A stretch of 64,000 nucleotides of DNA from contig JBBTLZ010000019.1 in the NCBI GenBank assembly GCA_038068435.1, positions 7,218 through 71,217 of the forward strand, written 5' to 3'. The DNA comes from Candidatus Eiseniibacteriota bacterium. GTDB lineage: Bacteria > Eisenbacteria > RBG-16-71-46. A model generated the notes under the pieces. That model was not told the DNA's origin and did not search any database. It saw nothing but the letters and a program-made list of their open reading frames with translations. This document shows, piece after piece, positions 34,073 through 42,067 of the stretch (position 1 is the stretch's first letter; every line of letters begins with the position of its first letter). The position numbers and the translations under genes are program-made.

Positions 34073-35295
34073 CACGCCTCCGCGAGCCGCGACCAGCGGG
34101 GGAGCCGGCGCGCCGAGTGGAGGACGGCGGTGAGCAGCACGATCCACCCGGACAGCGGGATCATCACGCTGGCCGCCACGGCGAGCGCGAGCGAGAGCCC
34201 CAGCATGCGGCGGGCGACGTCAGCCCGCGGGAAGAGCGTCACGCCGTAGTTCACCCCCAGCGTCGCGATGGCGAGTGCGGCGCCACCCGACCACACCAGC
34301 AGGACCTGACGCGCGTGCGGGGCGAGCTCGCGGGCGGCCACGGCCTGGCCCGCGACCAGCACCGTGGCACCCGCCACCCCCCAGGCGAACCGCGCGCCCC
34401 AGACCGTCATCACCCCGACCGGCAGCACCCGCAGCGCCGCGAACGGATCCGAGCCGGCGAGCACGGCCAGCCACTCGGCGAGCGCGGCCGCCGCGAGCAG
34501 CACCAGCGCGAACGCGACGACGTGGCGCAGGGCCGGCTCGCCCGGGAGGTGCCAGGCGAGCAGCGAAGCCACCCACAACGCGAGCGGCAGCACCGCCGCG
34601 CGCCGCGTGGGGCCGTGGCGCAGGGTGACCACGAGGTCCTTGCCCGCGAGCGCCGCCCACGCCGGCATCTTCCGCCACATCGGCGGCGGCAGCCGGCGGC
34701 GGGCGACGCCTGGTGCTGCGACCGCCAGCACGCGCTCGATGGGTGGGAGGCCGGGCCGCGGTTCCGCCGCCCGCAGCGCGACGCGGTAGCCGAGCGCGCA
34801 GCCCACGCGGCCCGCCTCGAGCAGCAGCCAGGCGAACGCGGCGGCAAGCGATGCCAGCCACCACGCCGGCAGGAGGCCGGCGGCGGCGGCGAGCACGCCC
34901 AGCGCGGGCACCGCGAGCCACAGCACGTGGCTGCGGGATTCCCAGGCCAGGTGGCGCTCGATGGCGGCGGGCTCGAGCGGGAGCGCCAGCCACTCGGGGC
35001 CGGCGGGCGCCGCGCGCAGCCGCCGCGCGTGCCGCGTGCCGGCAAGCGCCGCCCCGAGCGTGGCGAGGCCCAGCCAGACGCCGGCCACGGCGGCGACACC
35101 TGACAGCGGGCCGCGCGCACGCACCAGGCCGTCGAGGGGTACGCGCACCTGCCAGAACAGGAACCCGGCGATCAACAGGGCCAGCAACACCAGCTCGCCC
35201 CGCATGCGCGGGTCGAGTCGCAGCAGACGGCGGCGCGTGAGGGCGCGTTCGAGGTCGCGGAACGCATGGGCCTGGAGTCGGGTCGGTGCGGGCAT
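34072..35295 (-). CDS. Multi-pass membrane protein, probable ABC permease
   Basis: Many TM segments, KDLVVTLR motif typical of ABC-2-like permeases; coupled to the ATPase. Confidence 0.7.
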   Translation of the reverse strand: MPAPTRLQAHAFRDLERALTRRRLLRLDPRMRGELVLLALLIAGFLFWQVRVPLDGLVRARGPLSGVAAVAGVWLGLATLGAALAGTRHARRLRAAPAGPEWLALPLEPAAIERHLAWESRSHVLWLAVPALGVLAAAAGLLPAWWLASLAAAFAWLLLEAGRVGCALGYRVALRAAEPRPGLPPIERVLAVAAPGVARRRLPPPMWRKMPAWAALAGKDLVVTLRHGPTRRAAVLPLALWVASLLAWHLPGEPALRHVVAFALVLLAAAALAEWLAVLAGSDPFAALRVLPVGVMTVWGARFAWGVAGATVLVAGQAVAARELAPHARQVLLVWSGGAALAIATLGVNYGVTLFPRADVARRMLGLSLALAVAASVMIPLSGWIVLLTAVLHSARRLPRWSRLAEA

Positions 35296-35396
35296 GCGAG
35301 ACGACGATTGTAGCCGAGGCCCGCGCGGGCGGGATAGGCACCGGCGAGGCGGTGCTCTTTGCGCCGCCCCGGGCCCGGTGGCACCATGGCGGCCTC

Positions 35397-36317
35397 ATGA
35401 GCCGCCCTGCGCCGGTCGTCTACTCCCCCGAGTACGAGTGCGACATCGGCCGCCATGTGTTCCAGACGGGGAAATTCCGGCTGGTGCGCGATGGCCTGCT
35501 CGCCGCCGGCCTGGTGACGGAGAGCGGCATCATCGCCGCCGAGCCCGCCCCGCGCGCGGACCTGCTGCTGGTCCACACCGCGGAGTACCTGGACGATCTC
35601 GAGCAGCTGCGCTGGACGCCGCGCACCCGCATGTCCGAGCTGCCGCTCACGGCGGGGATCGTGCGCGCCTACGTGCTGGCGGCGGGCGGGACGACGCGGG
35701 CGGCCCGCGAGGCGCTCACGCACGGCGTCGGGGTCCACCTCGGCGGCGGCTTCCACCATGCGTACGCCGAGCTCGCGTCCGGCTTCTGCTACATCAACGA
35801 CCTCGCGGTCGCCATCCGGGTGCTGCAGCGCGACGGGCTGGTGCGGCGCGCGGCGGTCGTGGACTGCGACCTCCATCAGGGCAACGGCACCGCGCATCTG
35901 TTCCGGGGGGAAGACGCCGTGTTCACGTTCTCGATCCACCAGGAGCACCTCTACCCGGTCAAGGAGCGGAGCGATCTCGACATCGGCCTCGAGAACGGCG
36001 TCGGCGACGAGGAGTTCAACCAGCGCCTCGGCGCAGGCCTCGCCCGCGTCTGGGAGCATCGCCCGGAGCTGATCCTCTACCAGGCCGGGGCCGACCCGTA
36101 CGAGGACGACCAGCTGGGGGCACTCCGCCTCACCTTCGCCGGCCTGCTCGAGCGCGACCGGCTGGTGCTCGAGGGCTGTGCCGAGCGCGGCATCCCGGCG
36201 GTGGTGACGCTGGGCGGGGGCTACGCCCGCCGCGTGAGCGAGACGGTCCGCATCCACCAGAACACCTGCGAGCTGGCGCTGCGGCTCGCCGCACGCGCCG
36301 CCGGGCGGACGCGATGA
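35397..36317 (+). CDS. Histone deacetylase / AcuC-family deacetylase
   Basis: GGGFHHA, GFCYINDLA, DCDLHQGNG, GADPYEDD, GGGY. Confidence 0.93.
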   Translation: MSRPAPVVYSPEYECDIGRHVFQTGKFRLVRDGLLAAGLVTESGIIAAEPAPRADLLLVHTAEYLDDLEQLRWTPRTRMSELPLTAGIVRAYVLAAGGTTRAAREALTHGVGVHLGGGFHHAYAELASGFCYINDLAVAIRVLQRDGLVRRAAVVDCDLHQGNGTAHLFRGEDAVFTFSIHQEHLYPVKERSDLDIGLENGVGDEEFNQRLGAGLARVWEHRPELILYQAGADPYEDDQLGALRLTFAGLLERDRLVLEGCAERGIPAVVTLGGGYARRVSETVRIHQNTCELALRLAARAAGRTR

Positions 36318-37270
36318 TCCGCGCCTGGCACGCCGACGCGGCGGGCGCGCGCGAGGTGCCGCCCGCCGAGGCGGCGCGGCTCGCCATGTCGGGCCCGGGC
36401 GCGGTGTGGGTGGACGTCGAGGGCGAGGACGAAGCCGCCGCGCGGGCGCTGCTGGCGCCGCTCGGCATCCATCCGGTCGCGCTCGACGATGTGGTCGCGC
36501 ACATCAACCGGCCGAAGGTGGACGATTACGGCGCGTACCTTTACGTCGCCGTCCACTCCGCGCGCTGGGAGACCGACGGGCGACCGACGCTGCGCGAGCT
36601 CGACCTGCTGGTGGGCGAGCGCTTCCTGGTCACCTACCACGAGGCGGCCACGCGCTCGGTGAGCTCCGCGCACGCGGTGCTCCCGCGCCGCCCCGAGCTG
36701 CTGGCGCGCGGGCCGGCGCACCTGCTGCATTTCCTGCTGGACGTGCTGGTCGACCACTATATGCCGATCACCGAACGGCTCGCGGCCGAGATCGACAGGC
36801 TCGAGGAGCGGATGTTCGGCCGACGAGACGAGCGCATGGACGAGGGCATCCTTCGGCTCAAGCGCGGCCTGTCGGCCCTGCGTCGGATCGTCGGCCCCCA
36901 GCGCGACACCGTACTGGCGCTCACGCGCGACGAATTCCGCGCCGTGCCGGCCGAGGTGCGACCCTATCTGCGCGATGTGTACGACCGGCTGGCGCGCGTG
37001 AGCGACCTCCTCGACTCGTTCCGGGACGAGGCGGCCACGCTGCTGGAGCTGCACGTGGCGATCGTCTCGAACCGGCTCAACCAGGTGATCAAGGTGCTCA
37101 CGGTGATCGCCACGATCATGCTGCCGCTGACGGTGATCACGGGCTACTACGGAATGAACTTCCGGCTGCCGGAGTTCGCGTGGCGGTGGGGCTGGCTCTA
37201 CGCGCTCGGGTTGCTGGCCGCGACCGCCGCCGGCACCTGGTGGTACCTCAGGCGGCGGCGCTGGTTCTGA
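36314..37270 (+). CDS. corA: CorA-family Mg2+/Co2+ transporter
   Basis: RPKVDDY, LDVLVDHY, LNQVIKVLT, YYGMNF (GMN motif), two C-terminal TMs. Confidence 0.93.
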   Translation: MIRAWHADAAGAREVPPAEAARLAMSGPGAVWVDVEGEDEAAARALLAPLGIHPVALDDVVAHINRPKVDDYGAYLYVAVHSARWETDGRPTLRELDLLVGERFLVTYHEAATRSVSSAHAVLPRRPELLARGPAHLLHFLLDVLVDHYMPITERLAAEIDRLEERMFGRRDERMDEGILRLKRGLSALRRIVGPQRDTVLALTRDEFRAVPAEVRPYLRDVYDRLARVSDLLDSFRDEAATLLELHVAIVSNRLNQVIKVLTVIATIMLPLTVITGYYGMNFRLPEFAWRWGWLYALGLLAATAAGTWWYLRRRRWF

Positions 37271-37288
37271 CGCCGCGGGGGCGCATCG

Positions 37289-37310
37289 CCCGCGCGTGAA
37301 AACGCGCGGG
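37289..37310 (+). terminator. 9-bp GC stem with GAAA tetraloop after corA
   Basis: CCCGCGCGT-GAAA-ACGCGCGGG; no U-tract, so it may be a processing or stability hairpin. Confidence 0.45.
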
Positions 37311-37320
37311 GCCGGATCCC

Positions 37321-37705
37321 GCGGCTCGGGCAGCCTGGCGTGGGCTGCAAGGGCCCACGCTGAGATCCGGTCCCCGCACTCCTCGCGGTGCCACGACGGC
37401 GCACGCGCCAGCCGTAGACACACGAACGAACACGATGTCCATCGGAGAGCGGGGACCCGGGGCGGGGACCGGTTGCTTCTGTCGGAGGGGGGGCCTCCAA
37501 GCGACTCGGCGTACGAGAGGGAACCACTTCGGGCAAGTGATTCGAACGCCGCACAGCCCCCTTGCCGCGAGGCCCTCCGGCGTTTCGTGTGACTCACCTC
37601 GCTCGTGAAGTCCCACGACCGTCATCAGGCAGGTCCCGTGCAGCGAACGGGACCCCGGCTCGGGTAAGAAAGCTCCTTGCCAGGGAGTTCTTTCTGCCCA
37701 GCTGC
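37321..37705 (+). ncRNA. Candidate large structured RNA of unknown family
   Basis: 590-bp gap between convergent genes; ends pair (GCGGCUcGGGCAG / CUGCCCAGCUGC); at least six internal helices; G.U-versus-A.C asymmetry mostly favours the plus strand. Confidence 0.5.
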
Positions 37706-37711
37706 AACGGA

Positions 37712-37741
37712 AGTTTGGACCCCAGGTCAGCGGCCTGTCAA
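37712..37741 (-). promoter_or_regulatory. Sigma70-like promoter reading into the structured region on the minus strand
   Basis: TTGACA (37741-37736)-N18-CAAACT; no convincing minus-strand CDS downstream. Confidence 0.4.
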
Positions 37742-37859
37742 GAGTCGAGTCCCGGCGTTCCGAGACGCCGCGCGCGGCGCGGGATCCCGAGACGACACCA
37801 CGGCACGCCGCGCGCCACCGGCCCCCGCAGGACCCGCGCGTCGCGCGACGAGAACCTGT

Positions 37860-39104
37860 TCAGGGCGTGGCGACGCCCTTGGGCTTGGGCTTCTGCACCG
37901 ATCCCGGCTTGGCCGGTGTCGTCGCCGGCGTGCCCGCCGGCGATGCGCCGCGCGCGGGGCCGATGACCTCGAGCGAGGCATCGTCGAAGTACACGCGCCC
38001 TTCGGCCGGGGCGTTGTAGAGCAGCCAGGCCCAGACCTGGTAGGCGTCCTTCGGGACGTCCATCTCCATCTGCAGCCTGGTCCACGGCGTGGTGTTGCCG
38101 ACCAGCTGCGGCGCGCCCACGTGCTCGTCCTGCTTCAACGTGGTGCAGTAGAGCTTGATGTAGGCCTGGCTCATCAGGCTGTCGCACTTGACCCAGCCCG
38201 TGAGGCGGAGGCGCTTGCCGGCGAGGCTGCGGTTGCCGATCAGCTGCGCGACCGCCGCGCGGGTCTTCACCATGCCGATGGTCCCGCCCGTGAAGCGGAT
38301 CGAAGCCTTGCCGGAGTGCACCACGGTGGTATCACGGTCGCAGCGCATCTCGTCGTAGGGAGGCAGCGAGTACTCCCAGCGGTCGCCATTGCCCTCGAAG
38401 CCCGGGTCCTCGAGCAGGTTCACGCCCACCGGCAGTTCCGGCGCGGGCAGCGCCTCCTCGGCGGTCAACGAGGCGTCGTCGAAGAACACCTGGCCGGTGC
38501 CGAACAGCCCGCAGCGCGCGATGATCAGGTTGGTCGACGGCGGGATGAACACGCGGACCTGGCGGCGCACCCAGTCGGTCTCGGGGTCGGAGAAGTACTC
38601 CCGCTTCATGCCCAGGTAGACATAGGGATCGGTGGTCGTGAACAACCCGAGCCGCGCGAGGACGGTGTCGCGCGGCACCTTCCAGAGCCGCGCCATCTTG
38701 CCGACCGTGTCGCGGTACGCCTGCAACAGGATGTAGGCCCGGCCCTGCACGCCGTTGCTGCGCGTCCACACCGAGAGCACGACATCCTTGTTCCACATCT
38801 CCGGGCCGACGACGAGGGTCTGGCTCCAGTTGTGCCAGAGCGGGACCAGGGTGCTGACGTTCGCGACGCTCACCGAGTAGCGACCGCCGTGGGCGACCAT
38901 GGTGTCGCGACCGAAGAACACGGTGGGCATCTCGCTCCACGAGGTGTCCCACGCGGCTGGCATCCACGGATGGGCGGCCATCGTGTTCTCGAATCCGGGA
39001 TCGGCCAGCAGGTTCCCGGTGGGGGCGGCCAGCGCGGGGCCGGCGAGGCACGCGATGAGCGCGCCGAGCGCCGGCGCGATGCGCAGGGCGGGGCGACGGG
39101 ACAT
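37860..39104 (-). CDS. Exported protein with tandem carbohydrate-binding (CBM4/9-like) modules
   Basis: Signal peptide; two GNLLADPGFE / VNLLEDPGFE starts; Trp-rich beta-sandwich patterns; no catalytic domain evident. Confidence 0.7.
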   Translation of the reverse strand: MSRRPALRIAPALGALIACLAGPALAAPTGNLLADPGFENTMAAHPWMPAAWDTSWSEMPTVFFGRDTMVAHGGRYSVSVANVSTLVPLWHNWSQTLVVGPEMWNKDVVLSVWTRSNGVQGRAYILLQAYRDTVGKMARLWKVPRDTVLARLGLFTTTDPYVYLGMKREYFSDPETDWVRRQVRVFIPPSTNLIIARCGLFGTGQVFFDDASLTAEEALPAPELPVGVNLLEDPGFEGNGDRWEYSLPPYDEMRCDRDTTVVHSGKASIRFTGGTIGMVKTRAAVAQLIGNRSLAGKRLRLTGWVKCDSLMSQAYIKLYCTTLKQDEHVGAPQLVGNTTPWTRLQMEMDVPKDAYQVWAWLLYNAPAEGRVYFDDASLEVIGPARGASPAGTPATTPAKPGSVQKPKPKGVATP

Positions 39105-39317
39105 GGAGCACATTCCTTTCGGGAGCAGTCCTGAGCTCGGAGGAGTTCGAGGCACGAGCAGCAAGCGAAAAGTATCCGCAGCCGGCCCGCGGGGGGTCAA
39201 GGGGATTCTCCTCGCGTGGGGATTCTCCTCGCGGTTGCGGTCGCGCGAAGCGCTCGGCTAGATTCGCGCGGTCGCGTCCCACATGTCCTGAACTTGTTCC
39301 GCCGCCGGGAGCCCCGC

Positions 39318-40154
39318 GTGCCCGATTGGTTCTTCACCTCCGACCTGCACGGACAGGGCGCGCTCTACGAGCAGCTGGTCGCGATCGTCGCCGCGCGGCG
39401 GCCGCGCGCGGTGCTGATCGGTGGCGATCTGGCGCCCCACGCCGTGGGTGCCGAGGGCGTGGCGCACCAGCGCGTCTTCCTCGAGGGCTTCCTGGTCGAG
39501 TTCGCGCGCCGGCTCCGGGAGGCCGCACCCGGCAGCGAGCTGCTGCTCCTGATGGGCAACGACGACTGGGCCGCCAACCACGACTGCCTCGAGCGGCACG
39601 ACGGCGCGCTGTGGCGGATGCTCCACGACCGTGTCGTCCAGGTGGACGGCGTGCCGGTGGCCGGACTCTCGTGGGTGCCGATCACGCCCTTCTCGCTCAA
39701 GGACTGGGAGCGCTGGGACGACGGGGAGCCCGAGTCGCCCGCGCGCCTCGACGGCTGGGTGAGCGGCCCCGGAGGGATTACGCCGCACCGCTTCGACCCG
39801 GAGCGGCGCGAGCCCACCATCGCCTCCGCTCTCACCGCCCTGGCGATGCGCACGCCGGTGCGCGAGACGGTGTTCGTCCTGCACTCGCCGCCGCGCGACA
39901 CGCGCTGCGACATGGTCGGGGCGCGGGCCCACGTGGGGTCACGCGCGATCCGGGCGTTCGTCGAGCGCCACCAGCCCCCGCTGGTGCTGGCGGGCCACAT
40001 CCACGAATCGCCGCGCGTCTCGTCGTCCTACCGGGACACCATCGGCGAGACGGTGGCCGTGAACCCGGGCCAGTTCGGCACCCAGCGGCTGTGCGGCGTC
40101 TGGGTGGACCCGGCGCGCCCGGCCGAGACCCTGCGCCACACCGTCTACGAGTAG
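39318..40154 (+). CDS. Calcineurin-like metallophosphoesterase
   Basis: SDLHG, GGDL, MGNDD, LHSPP, AGHIHE. Confidence 0.88.
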   Translation: MPDWFFTSDLHGQGALYEQLVAIVAARRPRAVLIGGDLAPHAVGAEGVAHQRVFLEGFLVEFARRLREAAPGSELLLLMGNDDWAANHDCLERHDGALWRMLHDRVVQVDGVPVAGLSWVPITPFSLKDWERWDDGEPESPARLDGWVSGPGGITPHRFDPERREPTIASALTALAMRTPVRETVFVLHSPPRDTRCDMVGARAHVGSRAIRAFVERHQPPLVLAGHIHESPRVSSSYRDTIGETVAVNPGQFGTQRLCGVWVDPARPAETLRHTVYE

Positions 40155-40275
40155 CGGGGGTCAAGGAACCGCAAGGAATCACGGCCGCGCAGGGCGCGCG
40201 CGTTGTGGCCGCATCGGAAGCCGTGCTAGCCTTTGTGCGCTCCCGCATCATCGCCCGCCGTTCATCGAGGTCCCG

Positions 40276-40797
40276 ATGAAGCCCTCCGTGCTCAGCCTGG
40301 CCGCGCTCCTGCTCCTTCCCGGGCTGGTCGGCCCCGCCGCGGCCGGCACTGCGCCCGGCGTCTCGTGGCGCAGCTGGGACCGCGGCCTCGAGGAAGCCAG
40401 GGTCTCGGGGCGCCCGGTCCTGGTGGACGTCTACAGCGACTGGTGCGGCTGGTGCCGGCGCATGGAGGCCGACGTCTACTCGCGCCCCGAGGTCCGCGAC
40501 TACCTGTCGCGCAAGTTCGTCACGGTCAAGCTCGATGCCGAGGCGCCGGACCCCGCGCGCTACGAAGGACGCGCCTTCACCTCGCGCTCGCTCGCCGCGC
40601 GATTCGGCGTGAGCGGGTATCCCACCACCATCTTCCTGCGGTCGGCCGGCGAGCATCCGGTCAACGTGCCCGGCTACGTGGATAAGGAGCGCTTCCTGCT
40701 TCTCCTGCGCTACATCGGCGACGGCCACATGGATCGCGGTGTGCCCTTCCAGGACTTCGTGAAGCGATCCGCGACCGGCGGCGACGCGCGCCGCTGA
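40276..40797 (+). CDS. Exported thioredoxin-fold protein (SoxW/DUF255-like)
   Basis: Signal peptide, WCGWC, FGVSGYPTTIF, PGY. Confidence 0.88.
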   Translation: MKPSVLSLAALLLLPGLVGPAAAGTAPGVSWRSWDRGLEEARVSGRPVLVDVYSDWCGWCRRMEADVYSRPEVRDYLSRKFVTVKLDAEAPDPARYEGRAFTSRSLAARFGVSGYPTTIFLRSAGEHPVNVPGYVDKERFLLLLRYIGDGHMDRGVPFQDFVKRSATGGDARR

Positions 40798-40817
40798 CCG
40801 CCGAGCGGGGAGGACCC

Positions 40818-41414
40818 CTGTCGCTCCTGAGCGGGCATCAGCTGGTCGCGGTGGACACCGAGACGACCGGGCTCAGCCCGGCCGACGGCCACACGCTGGT
40901 CGAGGTCGCGACGATCGCCATCGCCGAGGGGGCGATCGGCGAGACCTGGTCGAGCCTCATGCGGCCCGGCCGCGCGATCCCCGCCGACGCGGCCGCCGTG
41001 CATGGCATCACCGACGCGATGGTGGCCGAGGCACCGCCCCCGGCGACCGTCGCCGCCGAGCTGCGCCGCCGCTGCGGCGACCTGCCGCTGGTCTTCCACA
41101 ACGCGCCGTTCGACCTGCCGTTCCTGATTGGCGTGTTGCGTCAGGCCGGCCAGCCGCCCCTGCTCAACCCGATCGTCGACACGCTCGGGCTCGCGCGCGG
41201 GCTGACGGGCACGGGCGGCAACTCGCTCGGCGCGCTGGCGGCGCGCTTCGGGCTCCCGAAGGAGCCGCAGCACCGGGCGCTCGGCGACGCCCTGACCACG
41301 GCGCGCCTGTTCCTGGCACTCGCCGGCCGCTGGGAGCAGGAGCGCGGCGTGCGCACGCTGGCGGAGCTCGCGGCGGTGAGCCAGGACGTGATGCGGCAGA
41401 CCGCGACGCGCTGA
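40818..41414 (+). CDS. DEDDh 3'-5' exonuclease (DnaQ-like)
   Basis: VAVDTETTG, HNAPFD, HRALGDA; probable CTG start at 40818 after GGAGG. Confidence 0.88.
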   Translation: MSLLSGHQLVAVDTETTGLSPADGHTLVEVATIAIAEGAIGETWSSLMRPGRAIPADAAAVHGITDAMVAEAPPPATVAAELRRRCGDLPLVFHNAPFDLPFLIGVLRQAGQPPLLNPIVDTLGLARGLTGTGGNSLGALAARFGLPKEPQHRALGDALTTARLFLALAGRWEQERGVRTLAELAAVSQDVMRQTATR

Positions 41415-41427
41415 CGGAGGGCGGGGT

Positions 41428-41455
41428 TTGACACCCCCACGCCCCCCCCGATAAT
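41428..41455 (+). promoter_or_regulatory. Sigma70-like promoter upstream of the peroxiredoxin gene
   Basis: TTGACA-N16-GATAAT. Confidence 0.5.
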
Positions 41456-41520
41456 GGAGCGCCTCGGATCCATCGCGACCCACCGAGCCACGCGGCCGCG
41501 CGGCTCTTCAGGGAGGCATC

Positions 41521-42000
41521 ATGCAGGCGACCGCATCGCTCGAGATCGGCCAGGCGGCCCCCGAGTTCAAGCTCAAGGGCCCCGGGGGCCAGTTCGTGAC
41601 CCTTTCGGAATACCGCGGCAGGAAGAACGTCGTGCGGGTGTTCTACCCGCTGGCGATCTCCCCGGTGTGCTCGCATCAGCTGCCCGCGATCGAGAAGGAG
41701 ATCGCGCGCTCCGCGGGCCTCGACGCGACGGTGCTGGGCGTCAGCGTCGACAGCCACTATTCCAACACCGCGTTCACCGAGCGACCGCGGCTCTCGTTCC
41801 CGCTGCTCTCGGACTTCAAGCGTGAGACCAGCGCCGCCTACGCCGTGCTCATCGCCGAGGCGGGTCACTCCGGCCGCGCGATCTTCGTCGTCGACAAGCA
41901 GGGGAAGGTCGCCTGCCGGGATGCGCGCCCTACTTTCGGCGACATGGCCCAGATCCCGAGCGGCGACCGCGTCCTCGCGGCCCTCGCCGGCCTCGAGTAA
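41521..42000 (+). CDS. 1-Cys peroxiredoxin (AhpE/BCP-like)
   Basis: APEFKL, FYPLAISPVC (PxxxSxxC), GVSVDS, FPLLSDF, RAIFVVD. Confidence 0.85.
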   Translation: MQATASLEIGQAAPEFKLKGPGGQFVTLSEYRGRKNVVRVFYPLAISPVCSHQLPAIEKEIARSAGLDATVLGVSVDSHYSNTAFTERPRLSFPLLSDFKRETSAAYAVLIAEAGHSGRAIFVVDKQGKVACRDARPTFGDMAQIPSGDRVLAALAGLE

Positions 42001-42067
42001 CGACCTGCCCCCACCGCCGTCGGCCGGGGATGGCCGGACGCGGGAGGGGGCGGACCGAGCCCCACGC

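Noticed and set aside
37374-37388. 15-mer CCGCACTCCTCGCGG shared with 52459-52473 (inverted)
   Set aside because: One 15-bp match is expected by chance at this GC content and it does not extend.
37384-37394. T-box-like GTGGCACCGCG on the minus strand
   Set aside because: Antiterminator pairing is poor, no stem I is recognisable and no gene follows in that direction.
37248-37625. 125-aa minus-strand ORF (and MDIVFVRV... within it)
   Set aside because: No RBS, atypical codons, no motif, and it overlaps the corA stop.
37321-37705. Identification of the structured region as RNase P, tmRNA, SRP or 6S RNA
   Set aside because: No GAGGAAAGUCC or ACAGAACCCGGCUUA, no tRNA-like ends with G3.U70 and T-loop or tag peptide, no SRP helix-8 motif, and too long and branched for 6S.
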